The position numbers and the translations under genes are program-made. A stretch of DNA of 62,551 nt, the filler included, from Stramenopiles sp. TOSAG23-2 (taxonomy: Eukaryota): assembly GCA_900128395.1 (NCBI GenBank). It is 9 parts of 9 records of this genome, joined end to end, with 100 filler letters (N's around TTAATTAATTAA, not from the genome) between each part and the next. Parts side by side here need not be neighbours in the genome. Positions count along the whole stretch, not along the records: positions 25,578 to 33,967 come from LT650210.1; positions 34,068 to 42,456 come from LT650211.1; 7 more parts are not named here. The stretch is one strand, 5' to 3'. The notes under the pieces were generated by a model. That model was not told the origin of the DNA and did not search any database. It worked only from the letters and a program-made list of their open reading frames with translations. Within the stretch, counting starts at the first letter, position 1. Every line of letters starts with the position of its first letter. Of the stretch, positions 30,401 to 40,900 are shown one piece after another.

Positions 30401-32424
30401 ATTTATATAGTAAAATATTGTCGCCTTCATCATTAACGTCCATTTTCATTCAAAATAATAATAATAATGATACCAATGGAAGGAAAATTAGTAAGCTAAA
30501 ATATTCAAATATGAAGGATGATTTATCATATGATAGGACTGTCCGCATTGCATGGCTGCAGAATGGTATTTTGCAAGAGGATAAAGCTATGGATCGGGCT
30601 ACTATAATTGAATTTGTAATTTCTTTAGCAATGGCATCAAAAACACTAAATAATTACAAGATGTTATTATGTTGTCACGATGCGTTAATATCAATGCCAA
30701 TTTTACGTTTAGGAAAAAGTTGGGGGCTTGTACGGGAAAATTTTCACAATGAATTTGCAATGCTAAAAATATTATGTTCACCATATGAAAATTATCGAAC
30801 TTTACGCAGCATCATGGAGAAACGAAACTCTTTTATACCATGTTTTGCACCATTACAAAATTCGATAAATCATATTTCTCATCTTCCTTCCATCTTATTT
30901 ATTGAAATTGATAATGAAAATGAGGATTGTGAGAAAACAAAAACAACTGATAATTTTATTGTACAGAAATCAGAGAAATTCAATTGGAATAAATATCTCC
31001 TATATCATGATGTAATAGCACAACAGTACGAAGCATCTGAAAGAACGTTTGAAAATTTGCCATTATATATATTGAAACAACCGGGAAAACAGGTACCGGC
31101 TGTAGGCGAACGTGGCATGCAAGAACAATCATCAAAATCGGGTAAGAAGAAAAGCGATAGGCATTCAAAAGACGAAGAAGTATTATTGGATGTGAAGAAC
31201 TTATCATTTAACACAGTTATAGATAAGAATATAATAATGCAAAGATCTAAAAAATTAGAGTATATTAAAGTAGGAAAGCAAAACATTTTGAAATCAATCA
31301 ACGACGTTGCAAATGATGTTGCCTCCTTAATTGTCCCAAAACAGAATTACTTTTTGCCATATAAGCATAAAAAAGATTTTGTTGGCGTTGCTTTGTTGCA
31401 TGACGTACCCATTTTCGTAGAAATTGCTGTTGAAACCATATTTTGCAGTGCATCAAAAGTATCTCTTGAAGCATTTGAGGAACAGTTTTCCTCAAACTTT
31501 ATAAACGGGTGTTCCTTTGCAGATTTAATTAAAATTTGTAGCGATAACATCATTGCCTTATCTGATCATGTCATGAATAAATACCGTAGTGAATTGTGGA
31601 GCAAAGCTGGTGATGAAGCAGAAGAAATGCATGTTCGAAAGGCTGTCGCTAAAGTAGTACTAGGTCGAACTCAATTGCGTTTATGGGCGACAGTTAGACG
31701 TGATAATGCCATTGAGGATGAGCATCATATGAGTTGTGTTAGCAAAATGACTAATGTTCTAACGGATGAACAATTGTGGGACCTATGCACGGACAGCATC
31801 AATGATGAAGAGTCTTTACCATTTTTGAGCTCATGGAAAAAGGCAATTATAGCTTTAAACAATATACAATATACCGATAATCCATATGATAAGTTGCACT
31901 TTGTTCGTAGTATTTTCCAAGCTGTCGAAGTTGAGGCGAAAGAAAATAAAATGAAGCCGCTGACAGCTGATGATTTAATGCCAATAATATTGTTTGTTGT
32001 TTGTCGAAGCGACTTGCCATATAAGTGGAGCACTTTAAAATATATCGAGCCATTCATAGAAATTGTACACTCTTTTGGGGGGTCTTTCTCTGGCTTTGAC
32101 AGTTTTTGCATGGCAAATTTTGAGATGGCAATGATTATTGCTGATGCTTATCCAAATTTTTATAAACAAAAGTCACTTTCGTTGTCTAGACAAACATCGT
32201 CAAGCTCTTTTTTTGCTGGCGAGGGTTCTCCTAAAAGTAATGTAAATGGGACTCATAATGGCGATGATTTGCTTGCCGCTGTTGTTGCGTTAGATGAAAA
32301 CAATAAAAATGTTACAAAAGTTCGTACTAATATTGAAATTCAAGAGTTTGACGAGGGTGATGGCATTATAAAACGATCAGAAGGCAAAAAGATTAACATG
32401 CAAGAACTTCCTTTCATTGATTGA
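27460..32424 (+). CDS. Multidomain GEF: GOLD-like domain + RasGEF (CDC25)-like domain + C-terminal VPS9 domain
   Basis: VPS9: NPYDKLHFV..LTADDLMPIILFVV. CDC25-like: RATIIEFVISLAMASKTLNNY..PILRLGKSWGLV..SPYENYRTLR..FIPCF. GOLD-like: IIWEFHA..GGTYSFRFS. Confidence 0.78.
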   Translation: MEMLTEDLKALVLDGSLSLNQALSLLNLPPVTSVLEDDTINNITNNQKLNVDKLTNDSTVAVPIPYNNTNDDDNNKSVKPLPPPSYESVVVDDAMQDEEDIRNNPTTVIDVLYGHELPQYLETLKSVLTSNNASLGEIENALQSSTQQSFSAVNDHARKKHLETETSSSLSMTDVQDASKFAMAIVELTRFDSKQYEDTQNTSTIIEIINMLIVWNRNGWIETFLMNCLGKIIVDFDLNFTFNRPEKNMKQPLILQKLKSCLKYHESNSNKRLRRQSLTANTNKKMPKNIKDTLVDLEKVVVHDLRQRIALLILKQWKTLNDQQNVSNKKILFASPKLIDAYNNINNHNTNNDMEDATTSNNYNNNNNNSRIYKKFNRTRRRTFIENLTAANSTQTTDYSKNVESGNNYNKIKKSPPSPHVRRKTISVAPSRMRVQKEKNVSWYALRPPDSTNVVFKTLGPKGANAALKAGASMFSVPKLETKKEYWTLECNVLANQQIIWEFHAYPASNLDFSLNFSVNVDSNVVIFPSTQASNAPNAGSLQQGEGGTYSFRFSSRNVLGYTDLWCVVRCPKAEREDQEQRRKYVRASRPIVISHAFADNKYLASNTPSTRACFASDPSSEVRMWKRFIGDERITGESPVYIEAKGKFLSISQLQVNKLFFSSVKAEDATLFYIRGIHPSEELTMNKQFELAVVKSDGEYVICTSLEKYAGENELCLTLVREARRDSQEKKFENIRRVTFIASPSTSSRYHGSSDANDPVYRERRLTNLGNDISGKVWLERAVTLGILDTVSSSSAREEALWFQEMERISSLQSHAKNQKHGNQINTERKNMDNSNNFEDAIQEETKEEKMRKTILEYIFLNQDIDGDEVDEHKNKLIKEQRKERLYHILLSIDLIALDFSSTVDHIISMLERHLENDEFLQDDVLLLKTVLEQNKRTVARHDKSHDRVIDAPNEKENTFLHWVDKVSTLAECFATYDRDLYSKILSPSSLTSIFIQNNNNNDTNGRKISKLKYSNMKDDLSYDRTVRIAWLQNGILQEDKAMDRATIIEFVISLAMASKTLNNYKMLLCCHDALISMPILRLGKSWGLVRENFHNEFAMLKILCSPYENYRTLRSIMEKRNSFIPCFAPLQNSINHISHLPSILFIEIDNENEDCEKTKTTDNFIVQKSEKFNWNKYLLYHDVIAQQYEASERTFENLPLYILKQPGKQVPAVGERGMQEQSSKSGKKKSDRHSKDEEVLLDVKNLSFNTVIDKNIIMQRSKKLEYIKVGKQNILKSINDVANDVASLIVPKQNYFLPYKHKKDFVGVALLHDVPIFVEIAVETIFCSASKVSLEAFEEQFSSNFINGCSFADLIKICSDNIIALSDHVMNKYRSELWSKAGDEAEEMHVRKAVAKVVLGRTQLRLWATVRRDNAIEDEHHMSCVSKMTNVLTDEQLWDLCTDSINDEESLPFLSSWKKAIIALNNIQYTDNPYDKLHFVRSIFQAVEVEAKENKMKPLTADDLMPIILFVVCRSDLPYKWSTLKYIEPFIEIVHSFGGSFSGFDSFCMANFEMAMIIADAYPNFYKQKSLSLSRQTSSSSFFAGEGSPKSNVNGTHNGDDLLAAVVALDENNKNVTKVRTNIEIQEFDEGDGIIKRSEGKKINMQELPFID

Positions 32425-32551
32425 AATTAAAACAAAAAGAATAATAAAATATTACGAACTCGTGCGAGCGTGTTAGAGAAAATGAAAATTAGTGATCCTA
32501 AAGTATTTCGTTATAATATCATCTCGCAAAAAGGAAAAAAAAAAAGACCCC

Positions 32552-32583
32552 GTGTATTACTCGTAGGTGTATTACTCGTAGGT
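32552..32583. repeat. 15-bp tandem duplication GTGTATTACTCGTAG x2
   Basis: Directly visible; each unit contains the TACTCGTA word enriched in 3' flanks. Confidence 0.85.
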
Positions 32584-32759
32584 ATAAAGTATGTGTATGT
32601 GTGTGTGTGTGTGTCTGCGGGGGTTTAATTCTCATTTTTATTATGTGGCATAATATAATACGTACGAAGTAATATTATATATATATATATATATCAGAAA
32701 TTTATATAATTTATGAGTCGTACTCGTATATATTAAATCTAATATATAAATATTTTCTT

Positions 32760-33380
32760 CTAATTGGATTTCTACTACATGTATAGAGATATACAAACCG
32801 CGATTATTAAAACTTGAGCCTTTATAATAATCGCTTTGCCTTAAAATGTGCATTTGGTGAGTCGTATAATGACTTGTACCCCGACCATATTGATCCAGAT
32901 TGAAATCTGTTGTATATACATTTGGTTTTTCATTAACCCATTACGTATATGAATGCGCCATTTGATTTGGGTCATCCCATTCCCAACCTCAACATCCTAT
33001 ATTTATAGGTGATGGCCAGGAAAGATCATTTTAATTTCGTAAACTATTCATCCAATTCTGATTTCTATCATTTCTATTTTTTCTTGACGTCTTAACACGT
33101 GTGAATGATACCCAGAAATGCGAAGCAAACTTTTTTGACCTGCTATGCAATTTTAATAAGCACGGTTCACAATAATTCTGTTCACATTGTATACATGTAA
33201 ATGCACATTGCTTCACTTCACACTCTTCACACACTATGATTTCATGAACATGTCTGTACAACTTCTTCTACTGTTATCTCATGAAAATCATTTTCCCGTC
33301 TCTTCCTTTTCTTTTTTTTCTTTTTGAAGCGTTTCCCATGCTTTTTAATTTTCTTCCACTTTTTCTTCATTTATATATTA
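32760..33380 (-). pseudogene. Disrupted B-box zinc-finger protein gene
   Basis: The B-box CEECEVKQCAFTCIQCEQNYCEPCLLKLHSRSKKFASH is intact. The same frame then continues through three stops (LRN*NDLSWPSPINIGC*GWEWDDPNQMAHSYT*WVNEKPNVY..) into ORF 32641-32853. The upstream K/E-rich part is out of frame. Confidence 0.6.
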
Positions 33381-33967
33381 TCTATTTTCTTTTATGGACT
33401 CTTGTATGTGTAATATATATATATATACATGTGTATATATAAGATGATAAAATGTGTGAATAATATATCGATGTGTGTGTGACGACATAAACGTATAGAT
33501 TTTTTGTTTTCACAATGGCAACAGGCACATTTAAGGACATATCAGTCGTCGTACTAAAATAACATAGAGTAATACAGTAATAATTTATCACTCTGATTTT
33601 GTATATACCTTATTTATAGGAGCTTACGAGGTACATACTGTATAGGTATAAATTAAAATAGAGGCTGCCGAATACCGAATATTTTTTTGAGGGAAACGCG
33701 GAGAAAGGAGATTCTACAATACCTACTTAGTAAACTATGGATTATAGATTTAATTTATTTAATGTATCCTAGGTCCTAGCCTTTTCCTATTATATAGATT
33801 AGATTCTGTACCCCTATCTAGCTGGGCTCTCACCTCTCTCACCAGTTTCCAGAGCGAGGGGATGATGAACGTTGTGGTAGCTATGCACGTATATATTTGT
33901 AAATTATATATATATATATTCAGAAATATATTTACCAACAATATACAAAAAACAGTTTCTTTCCTAA

Positions 33968-34067
33968 NNNNNNNNNNNNNNNNNNNNNNNNNNNNNNNNN
34001 NNNNNNNNNNNTTAATTAATTAANNNNNNNNNNNNNNNNNNNNNNNNNNNNNNNNNNNNNNNNNNNN
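33968..34067. other. Artificial contig spacer
   Basis: N44-TTAATTAATTAA-N44. Confidence 0.98.
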
Positions 34068-34068
34068 T

Positions 34069-34155
34069 ACACTTTATGCAAAACGAGATAGAGATGGACC
34101 AACAGGAACAGTGATTGATTTTGATGCTCCATTAATTGGCTCATATAGATATTAA
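34069..34155 (+). CDS. Probable 3' end of a gene cut by the contig edge (TLYAKRDRDGPTGTVIDFDAPLIGSYRY*)
   Basis: Open, protein-like frame from the contig start to TAA 34155. Confidence 0.5.
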   Translation, partial: TLYAKRDRDGPTGTVIDFDAPLIGSYRY

Positions 34156-34444
34156 AAATGGGGGGAAAACAATATTTTGTGTGTGGGTAGTACGATACAA
34201 CGTTCGTATAATTTTAAAATATAAAAATCTCCTACATAATAAATTCAATAATATATGATATGCATATTACGTAAAAAAATAAAATTATATTCGATTTATA
34301 AATATCATACGAGTATATATTTTTAAAATAATTGCATTTTATCATATCTCTATAGATATACGTAATATAATACGAGTATATAAACCAAGATAAAAAAAAA
34401 ATATATATAAAATGTTCTCTTACTCATATATTATTTATATATAT

Positions 34445-34877
34445 ATAACTGAGATTTTAACCATCATTATATAACGAAAATTAGACTGGCTTAAAGCACA
34501 ATGGATCAATGAAACTGGTATGATAGAAATCTATACAAACCAAAGTGATCAAAACCGCAGCTTTTTGCCACACAACCGTGCACTTCAAGATCTTTATCCG
34601 GATAGTTACCGGTTGTTATTCACAACAGGATCTTTCACTTCAACAACCTCACCGTTTTCGAATGAACCCGACGTCCAGCGTGTTCAACAAGTGCGCACGG
34701 AAGGATAGAAACCTACTCGTGCTTGTAGAGTATTAGTTTGAAGAGGTGCATTAGAGCTTTACTATAGTAGGTACTCGTAGAATATATATTATTCTTGGGA
34801 TTGAGTATTGTGAGCATATTACTTAACACGGGAAGTGTAAAATTATTATAACTTTAAGATTTTAAACATCATTATAT
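34445..34877 (+). repeat. Copy A of dispersed repeat family, ~430 bp, bracketed by imperfect ~28-bp direct repeats (candidate non-autonomous mobile element)
   Basis: Direct repeats ATAACTGAGATTTTAACCATCATTATAT (34445-34472) and ATAACTTTAAGATTTTAAACATCATTATAT (34848-34877). 34692-34836 is homologous to 50578-50749, and the 3' end is homologous to 14266-14332 (-). Confidence 0.7.
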
Positions 34878-34915
34878 ATTTTATAATTAAATTAAATTCT
34901 CAATATTAGAGAAGT

Positions 34916-37900
34916 TCATTTTCTCATTCTTTTTCTCTTCTTACGTTCTTTCTCTTTGTCAGCCTTTGCTTTATCATCCGCTTCTTTGGCTTTAATTTTT
35001 CTTTGTGCCTTTAGTACCCATCCATTCACTCTGTTTTGCCAGTCTCTCTCTCTATCACGCATGTTTTCATCTACAGCCTCATTTAATTGTTGAGCTTTTC
35101 GTTCAACAACATCACGTCTATCCCGCAAAGCTTGATCCCGTTTCTTTTGTTTATCACCAAGATCTTTCTCCCCCGCTTGTTCCGCTTTGCTTAATATTTC
35201 AGATTGTTTGGCCCGCTCAGCAGCAACAGCCTCGTCTAATTTTTTCAATGCTATTTTGTGCTGTGCAGCCAATTTTGCTCTATCTTCAGGTGGAGCAAGT
35301 TTCTCTTCCTTTTCAAATAAAGCCGCCTTTCGAGTTTTATTACGAGTTATTTCCTGCACCCTCTCTTCGGCCTTTTCCATGGCCGCTTGCCGTTGTTGGT
35401 TCATTTTCTCTTGTATTTGAGCGATCTCTTCTTCCATTTGTCTATTTTTTTCCTCTTGAAAGCTTTCCAGCTCATCTCGTATTTCCCTAGATTTTGAATT
35501 TGCATCAGCTTGCAATTGGCGCCGTGTCTCATCCAGCTCAGCACCTTCCTGTTTCAGCGCTACACCTTGAAGACGTAATTCTGATCCGTAGAACCAATCG
35601 TCTTCTTCCGTAACCAGCCCGGAAACGCGTGTTAATTCCTTTCTGATATTTTGCAAGCGTTTTTGTTTCTCTAATATTAAGGATTCTTTTGCTTTGATGA
35701 GCCATAATTGGCATAATGCTTTGGATGCAGCATTGATGTAACCAACTTCCATTTTAGAGTCTGGATCAAAGTCATCGTCATCTGATATAAGACCTTTCGC
35801 TTTTGCTTCTTCCCTAGCTTTTTTCAATTTGTAGTCACGCATTTTCTGGGCATACTCTTCCATTTCTGCACGCGCATTTGGTCGTGGGAAATTGCCACCA
35901 AGCCGTCTTCTAGCAGCATTTAGCCATTTGCTCATCACCTTTCCTTCCACTGAGGTCCTGGTGACAACCATTGGTTCAAAAACTGCTTGTTCCTCATCAT
36001 CATCGTCGTCGTCTGAAAAATCTTGCGCGCGCGTTTTTCGACCTTGTCCAGGTCTACGTCCTGGTGGCACTTTCCGACTTTGCTCAGCAAGGTTAATGCA
36101 TTGCTCGCAACGAGTTATGAAAGAGGCATGTTGACGGAAGTAAGAGGACCATAAATTCGCATCAAATTCCCTATCTGGATAAGTCTTTTCGTAACCAGCA
36201 ATTAATACATCCAACGCATAATCGTCAGCTTTCCCATCCAACGATAGGTCGCATCTCATTTTTGCACCACTAGCAGTAGTTCTTCCGCATAGGGCACACG
36301 TATCGGTGACGGATCGATCAATCGTTCCTTTGACAAGCTTGTACAATTTTCTTCTCATTCTTGCTTTTTCAAGCCAATACCGTAAAAGTGCAGCGGAGGG
36401 TTTGCTTAAGGGAGCCTTGGACCAATTACGTCGCATATTTTCAAGATCATCGTCCCCTTCATCAGAGCTGATATCAGCGCGATCTCCTGGCCGCCTTCGT
36501 CCTTCTCCCATATTCATCAAATCTGTATAAACATCACGAATGTATTCAATAACTGGCCTTCCATCTGCACCAGGCATTTGCAACGTTCTTGGTGTCAAAA
36601 GCTCCACCAAATGCTGAAGAACCCATGGGCGACTACGGTCCAAGAACCGATGTCGAAAACGCTCAGAATTCATTGCCTGCAGCTCCAACCGTTCTGCTTC
36701 TAAATCTTCTTGACGACCTTCCCCAACAGCTAATTTAGCAGCAATTTCATCATCAACAGTACCTTGCAAACTTCTGCGTGACCACAATTTAGTTTGGTCA
36801 GCAATTTTACGGCACAACCAATTCATTAATGTTGCCAACGACCAAGTTCCAACCATCAACATTGGTAATGCAACATCTGCAAATGGATTATATTCGAAAC
36901 GAAGAATAATGGAAATACCATACATCGATGTCATATTACCCCACGTTAACAAAGTCGTCATGAAATAAAATTGAGAAGAAAAGCACATCATATCAATAGC
37001 TTGAAGCGGTTCTGCAATAGACTCATCTAGAGTATCCCATGCTGCCATCTGCCAACGTTTTTCACGGACTTGAAAACGATAATTTTGGTAGGCTACATAA
37101 TCATACACTTTCCATCCTTGATTAAGCTCCTGCGCCATTAAAAGAAACATATCGGCTCCAAATGAAAATGGTATGATTATAATGGCAAAATACAAATAGA
37201 AAAGCAAATCCTTTGATTTAATGCCATAATAATCTGGAATTTTTGTGTATGAAACGAAAACAAACAAATGTAAGTTTATAAATGGCGTCAAAATCTGTGC
37301 GCACGTTTCGTTGGCATATACCCCAAAACTATCTAAAAGTGGTTCAATACCCTCACTCTCCAAAGCAATTTCTTCATTGATGCGTTTCCATTCAGCTTCC
37401 TCTCGGGCCCTTTGTTCCCTTGTCATATGGCGTTTTTTTTGAAAACGACGTTTAAACATCATTTGCCATTTTGGCATAAGCTTTGCTGCCAATTTCATCC
37501 CAGGATCGATGTAAAGTCTTTCCAAAATTAACACCCCCAGTTCAAGACCATAACACTGTAAAAAATCCATTAAACTATCGGACCCCAAAGTAATCATAAT
37601 TTCAGTAATTTCAATAGTTACTAAAATAGGCGCGATCAATAGATTTTCCCGTAATAATGATGCAAACACTTGATCTAACAACATCTGTACAAATTTCAAA
37701 ACAACAACCCACATCATAACATTACTCGAATAAAATTCAGAATACGAAAATTCCCACAGAAACAACAACCCGACGCAGGTACCATAACAAAACAGTAACA
37801 TATGTGTTCTCTTCCAAAGTAATGGCGTCCAAAATTCAGATGGTGGAAGCATTTCTTCTTCATCGTCGTCAAAATTTTCATCCCCGCCACCAACCTCCGC

Positions 37901-40900
37901 CATCGTATCATCGTCTGCATGATCATCTGCACTCTCAGGAACAAACATTTTGCATCCCATCATAGTTAAATACATTCCCATAAATAAAAATGCCCCTCCT
38001 AAACGACCAGCACGATACATTTCGACGCCTTCCGTAGTCAAAAGTGCTTGATCCTGCCAGTCTCCTGTGTATCCTTCAAAATTAACATAATTTGGCTTTT
38101 CAAGCGGTTGATCACTTTCGGAAAACACCAACCATAAATACAACGCGCCATAACCAGCCCAGACAGGTGCACTTGCAAGTGTAACACCAATCACTGGGGG
38201 TGGCGCAACAAGCTTTAACATTGCCGTAAAACGAAATGGCGGAGGATGCTTCATTCTTGTTAAAAGCCTATGCATTCCCCAAAAGATGAAGCCAGCAAAA
38301 GAAGTGGCCGCACCAACCAAAATAAAGATGAAAATATAAATAGTTGCCTGAAATTCGAATGCATTTAAAAGATCAAACCAATTCATTGGAAAATAATGAA
38401 TTTCTAAAACATAATCATACGACCTCACCGCATCACGCCCAGCTGAATCTGACTTATCATAACACTGATAAATTGGAGGATTTGCAAGCTTTAATGTTTC
38501 TTTGTCTGCTTCCACATCAGTTACCGTACAAAAATGAAACAATTTAAAGTCAACTTTTACTATTGCTTTTGCATGTAGAGACATTTGAAAGTAAGGTATT
38601 ATTATTTGCACAGTTCTTGGAATTAACGTAATTAGACCTGGAGTGTCCCCATTTATCGCGACTTCAACTAAGCCTTCTGCCTCAATAAGATCTCCTATAT
38701 GTTCATTTTGCCCCCATGGCATCGCACCTTCTTCTTCTGTGGCATCTGGCTTTTCAACACCAATGAAGTCAGCATTATTTACTGGCATCTTTGTAAAGGA
38801 AAATAATACTGCTTCAGCAGGAGCTTCAAACCAACGTGTTTCTGCTGCTGGCACATAAATATTTTCCTCGTATATGCATGATAGTTTTATTCCCATTTTA
38901 TCAAAATGCCCTTGCATACCATTTATCCTTGTTGGTGATGTTAGTTGTTCATATGGATGAACATCGCTGTAGTCAAACTTTCCGGGTTGGCTGTAAAACA
39001 TATAGTCCGTTATTACAAGCTCAGCATTGTTATCTGCATGTTGGTTCCACATCTCTTCAAGTCTTTTATGTTCATTATATTCTAAATAACATGCATCTGC
39101 CACAGGATTCTCCATGAAATCTCTTTCTGGATATCCAGCCATTTCCCAAAAGAATTCATTCACAAATTGAGTATCTGCAAACTTTTCTCTCGTACAATTT
39201 GGATGATTTTCGAGCAACTTAGATATATACACATGATTGTCGTAACCTCTACAATTAGAAAAAAATGGTAAATATGGCAGTGCCAAATATTTCAGACCTT
39301 GTCCTTCTTGCGCTTTGGTCCACCATGTTGTATCTACTGCTCTGACAACCAAGCTGTCTCTCTTCGCAAATCGTTGCAAAAAGCCGTTTGGCCTTGTCAT
39401 TTTTTGCGCCCCAAGTGTTTCATTGACTGCTGCCTCTTCCGCTTCTTGCACGAACTCAGACCCACCACTCCTCATTACTGGTGTCATAGTAGCGTTTGTA
39501 TCGTTAAATATTTCAGGTTCATATAGTGGATCACCTACCCACCAATCAGCAATTCGATCAATCAAAAGCGTGGATTCAAGTTCAAATTTATTATCGTCCG
39601 ACAATGGCAAATTAAAAGGTGCATACAAGTTACCAAGAAAATCTGTATCTTGTATAATCGCGAGGAAACTATACAAACCGCTATTGCAACCATCGGAACC
39701 CTCTGGACACATTAAATTTTCGCCTTCTTGAAGCATATCTTGTTTCGTACGGTAATGTAAGCAACCCGTGTGAGAAGCCTTTGGGCAAAATTCTTGCCCC
39801 CAACCTGTCATTCCACCGGTTACAAACTTTTCACCCCCCCAGGAAACAGCACTTTCTGCATAAGGATGTTTACCTGTATATTTACACGGTTCTATGCATG
39901 TTTCACTGAATATGGCTCGATTTGGAGTGAACATGTTAAACGTGCCAATGCCATACATAGTTTTTGCAAAACTACCATAATACAGCCCATGTACCAATTC
40001 AATCACAAACACAATTGTTGTATTATGAAGCGCACCTACACTTATCTGTTGAATATCGTGTTTGTTATCTGGAAACATATCGAACCTGAAGTCATATTCT
40101 TTCGGGGGCGTGAATGCTTCTGGCAAACCATTCGTAAAATCTTCAAAGTAATAAGGCATGCGCTTTCGTTTACACATGCAACACCCGGTATCATCTTCTT
40201 TGTAACACATTTGGCCAATTTCTACCTGTCGCTCCTCACTTGGAAAAATACACCCAGAATCATCTGGGCGACATTGGTAACGTATTGGGCATGGAATGCA
40301 ATCATGGTACACACCAAATTGATAATGTTCGTCGTATGTCATATTTACTTCTAACTTACGCAAATCCATGGTGAACGTTGCGACTTCAAAACCAAACATT
40401 GGAATGGTTCCCATCCCTTCCCCTTCGGCACCAGTATGGGTCTCCGACCTATCGGTTGCATTCTCTATACGATTCCAAGAAGGGGAATCTGGCCTAGCTG
40501 GCACCACACGCCTTAAAACTTCATCAGCTGCTTTTTGACATTCAAATATACTGCCAGCGCCACGAACACTCGTAGTTCCGTTTGGGCATCTCAGAAGCGA
40601 TTCGCATAAGCATGCATCATATCGCATTGGGACAAGTTTGTATTGTTCTGGATCCAATTCGCTTATTACGTTGGGATTCAAGTCAACAATATCAGGGACC
40701 TCCCCTCCAAAATTTTCAATTAATTCAACTGCATAATGTAGATCCCAAGTGAATGGGTCGAATCTATCAAATCCATCTGTATTCCTAGGACCATATAGAC
40801 GCTGTGAGTTTTGCTTTTTGTACTCTTCTACTATGTCAGTACGTAACGCATCATAGTCGTAATAAGTTTTTGTACCAGGAAGTTCGCCTTCCTTTAAGTT

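Noticed and set aside
32853..33033. Stop-codon reassignment or selenocysteine readthrough
   Set aside because: The stops are mixed TAA/TGA with a nearby frameshift. TAA, TAG (25996) and TGA (32424, 34916) all end intact genes in this window.
34475..34736. ORFs 34520-34708 and 34545-34736 as genes or a transposase remnant
   Set aside because: They are short with no recognisable motif in any frame I read. Kept only as the insert of repeat copy A.
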